A stretch of DNA of 64,000 bases from NCBI GenBank assembly GCA_965637545.1, contig OZ281494.1:14818001-14882000 (forward strand), read 5' to 3'. The stretch is from Phallusia mammillata. Lineage: Eukaryota. The position numbers were made by a program, and so were the translations under genes. Every line of letters begins with the position of its first letter. The stretch's first letter is position 1. The notes under the pieces were generated by a model. It made no database searches. It was not told the origin of the DNA and saw nothing but the letters and a program-made list of their open reading frames with translations. Below are positions 62,544-64,000 of this stretch, piece after piece.

Positions 62544-64000
62544 GTAAGTAACATCAATCGCATAGCTAACTGAAGTGAATTGGCTTTTCATTTGCGGGAG
62601 CTCAATTCATTGCGATTTGTGAATATTGGTCGACTAAAGGATCGCATTTAGCGCCGCTATATCGGTCTACTATATACAAATTATGTGAAACTCGATCACA
62701 CTGTGTGCTAAGCGCGACTGAAAGCTGGAAAATTGACTCCAAATACGGTTTACAGCAGGGTGAAGGGTACTGTCATCTCAGTGCATGAGAATCGATCATT
62801 TTAAACGTCCCGCGGTACGAAGCAGCTGAAATTCACACGCTCCTCTCCGGACACTGGTGTGTTGTCAGCTTGGCTCGGGAAACCCATGCACTTGGCGCTT
62901 TGTTTGTTAAGGATTGATGTGCCACGCTGATCAACAAGACGTTTTGTAAGCTTATCGGATTAGGTTGGGAACACACACGCGGTGAACACCTGTCAGCCAC
63001 CGCCCTATTGTTACATCCATTGCGACGTTTGTTACCGCTTGAAAACGCTGTGAGCTGTAAACTTTGGACAAAGGCGAGGTTTTTAACGAGTTCCTATGTC
63101 ATCGGCACAGGTGTTGGTTCCGCACCGTGCCAGGAAATGTATAGAGTTTAAAAATAAATCGCGCCTATTTGAATATCCTCACTTCTCAGGCACTTTGTGA
63201 TTGGTCGAGGTCAAAGTCCCACGGCCGTCCCCGCGCATTTTAAGTGCAGCTGGAAGTTTGGAATTGGGACAAACGCTACTCCCGATGTGCTCGAAGGGCA
63301 GACCGCGCTGCGACCGCCTCGACATATGCGATAGGCCACAGATAACAACACAGCCATTAGGCCAGGGTAGGAGAACGGCTTTGCTGCAAATTGCCATGTG
63401 CCGCTTGGAATACGCACCCCCGTGATCGATCGGCCGCACAGGGGACTGCGGTCGGATGGCAATAAACTTTATTTCAGGAATCATCCGTCTCCGGATAATT
63501 TCTGGACAAAGCGGAGATCGTAGATCACGATAAACCCACAAATACACTGCGGCCAAATTGCGTCCTTAGAAATCGACACGTGGACGCAAATTGCTTTTCA
63601 AGCTATCACTGGGCTATACTGCGGTTTTAAGCTTAACCTATTCAGGGGGGGCAACCGCTATGACGTCATTGCGGTCTCCTGCGCGACAACACGGTTAATG
63701 AAGTTTAGGTGGCAATCAAAGTCGCACAAAGGTGCAAACAATGTCTTTGGTTTTCCGGTGCTGCGCAGTAAACCGGCACTTCAAAAGGCCCCTCGCCGTG
63801 GGAGACCTTGGTTGCGGCGTCACACGATGGCTACTTTTTAACGGGCACGCGCGATTCTTCTGCGCCACGGGAAAAGGCTATGACGACGTGTTCGTCATGG
63901 CGGTCCCACAAGGCGCCTTTTGTGACGCGGCTTCTATTTTTGCGTCTGTCATCATCATTGCGCCCACGAGGAGGTTTAACATGACGGCGATCTGGTTTTT

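Noticed and set aside
63179-63556. ORFs as TGF-beta exon 4
   Set aside because: The acceptor at about 63189 gives an immediate stop in the required phase and the peptides do not resemble LAP or the mature domain
1-64000. Prokaryotic features (CRISPR arrays, operons from GTG/TTG-start ORFs, rRNA/tRNA genes)
   Set aside because: The sequence is spliceosomal-intron eukaryotic DNA; no regular repeat-spacer array or full tRNA cloverleaf was seen

Overview
AT-rich, compact-intron animal genomic DNA; the short introns and gene set suggest an invertebrate chordate such as a tunicate (inference). Left to right: two tandem heparan-sulfate 3-O-sulfotransferase-like paralogs (+; one frameshifted, one lacking the catalytic E/H/D residues), CCNB1IP1/HEI10 (-), an orphan tail-anchored ORF and an intronless two-EF-hand gene (+), a full perlecan/HSPG2 gene (-, 14748-51316), and the 5' exons of a TGF-beta sensu stricto gene (+), head-to-head with perlecan. 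A 5378-bp apparently identical tandem duplication (6848-17607, TGTC junction microhomology) copies the last six perlecan exons and both small genes. Most striking: two sequence-unrelated, non-coding foldback insertions in perlecan introns share one architecture (13-15 bp target duplication, long inverted repeat, one-sided tail) and carry type I hammerhead ribozyme motifs, i.e. Penelope/retrozyme-like mini-elements. One perlecan intron also holds a cluster of candidate microexons, two of which would truncate the protein. All calls were made by reading the sequence; no database searches were run.
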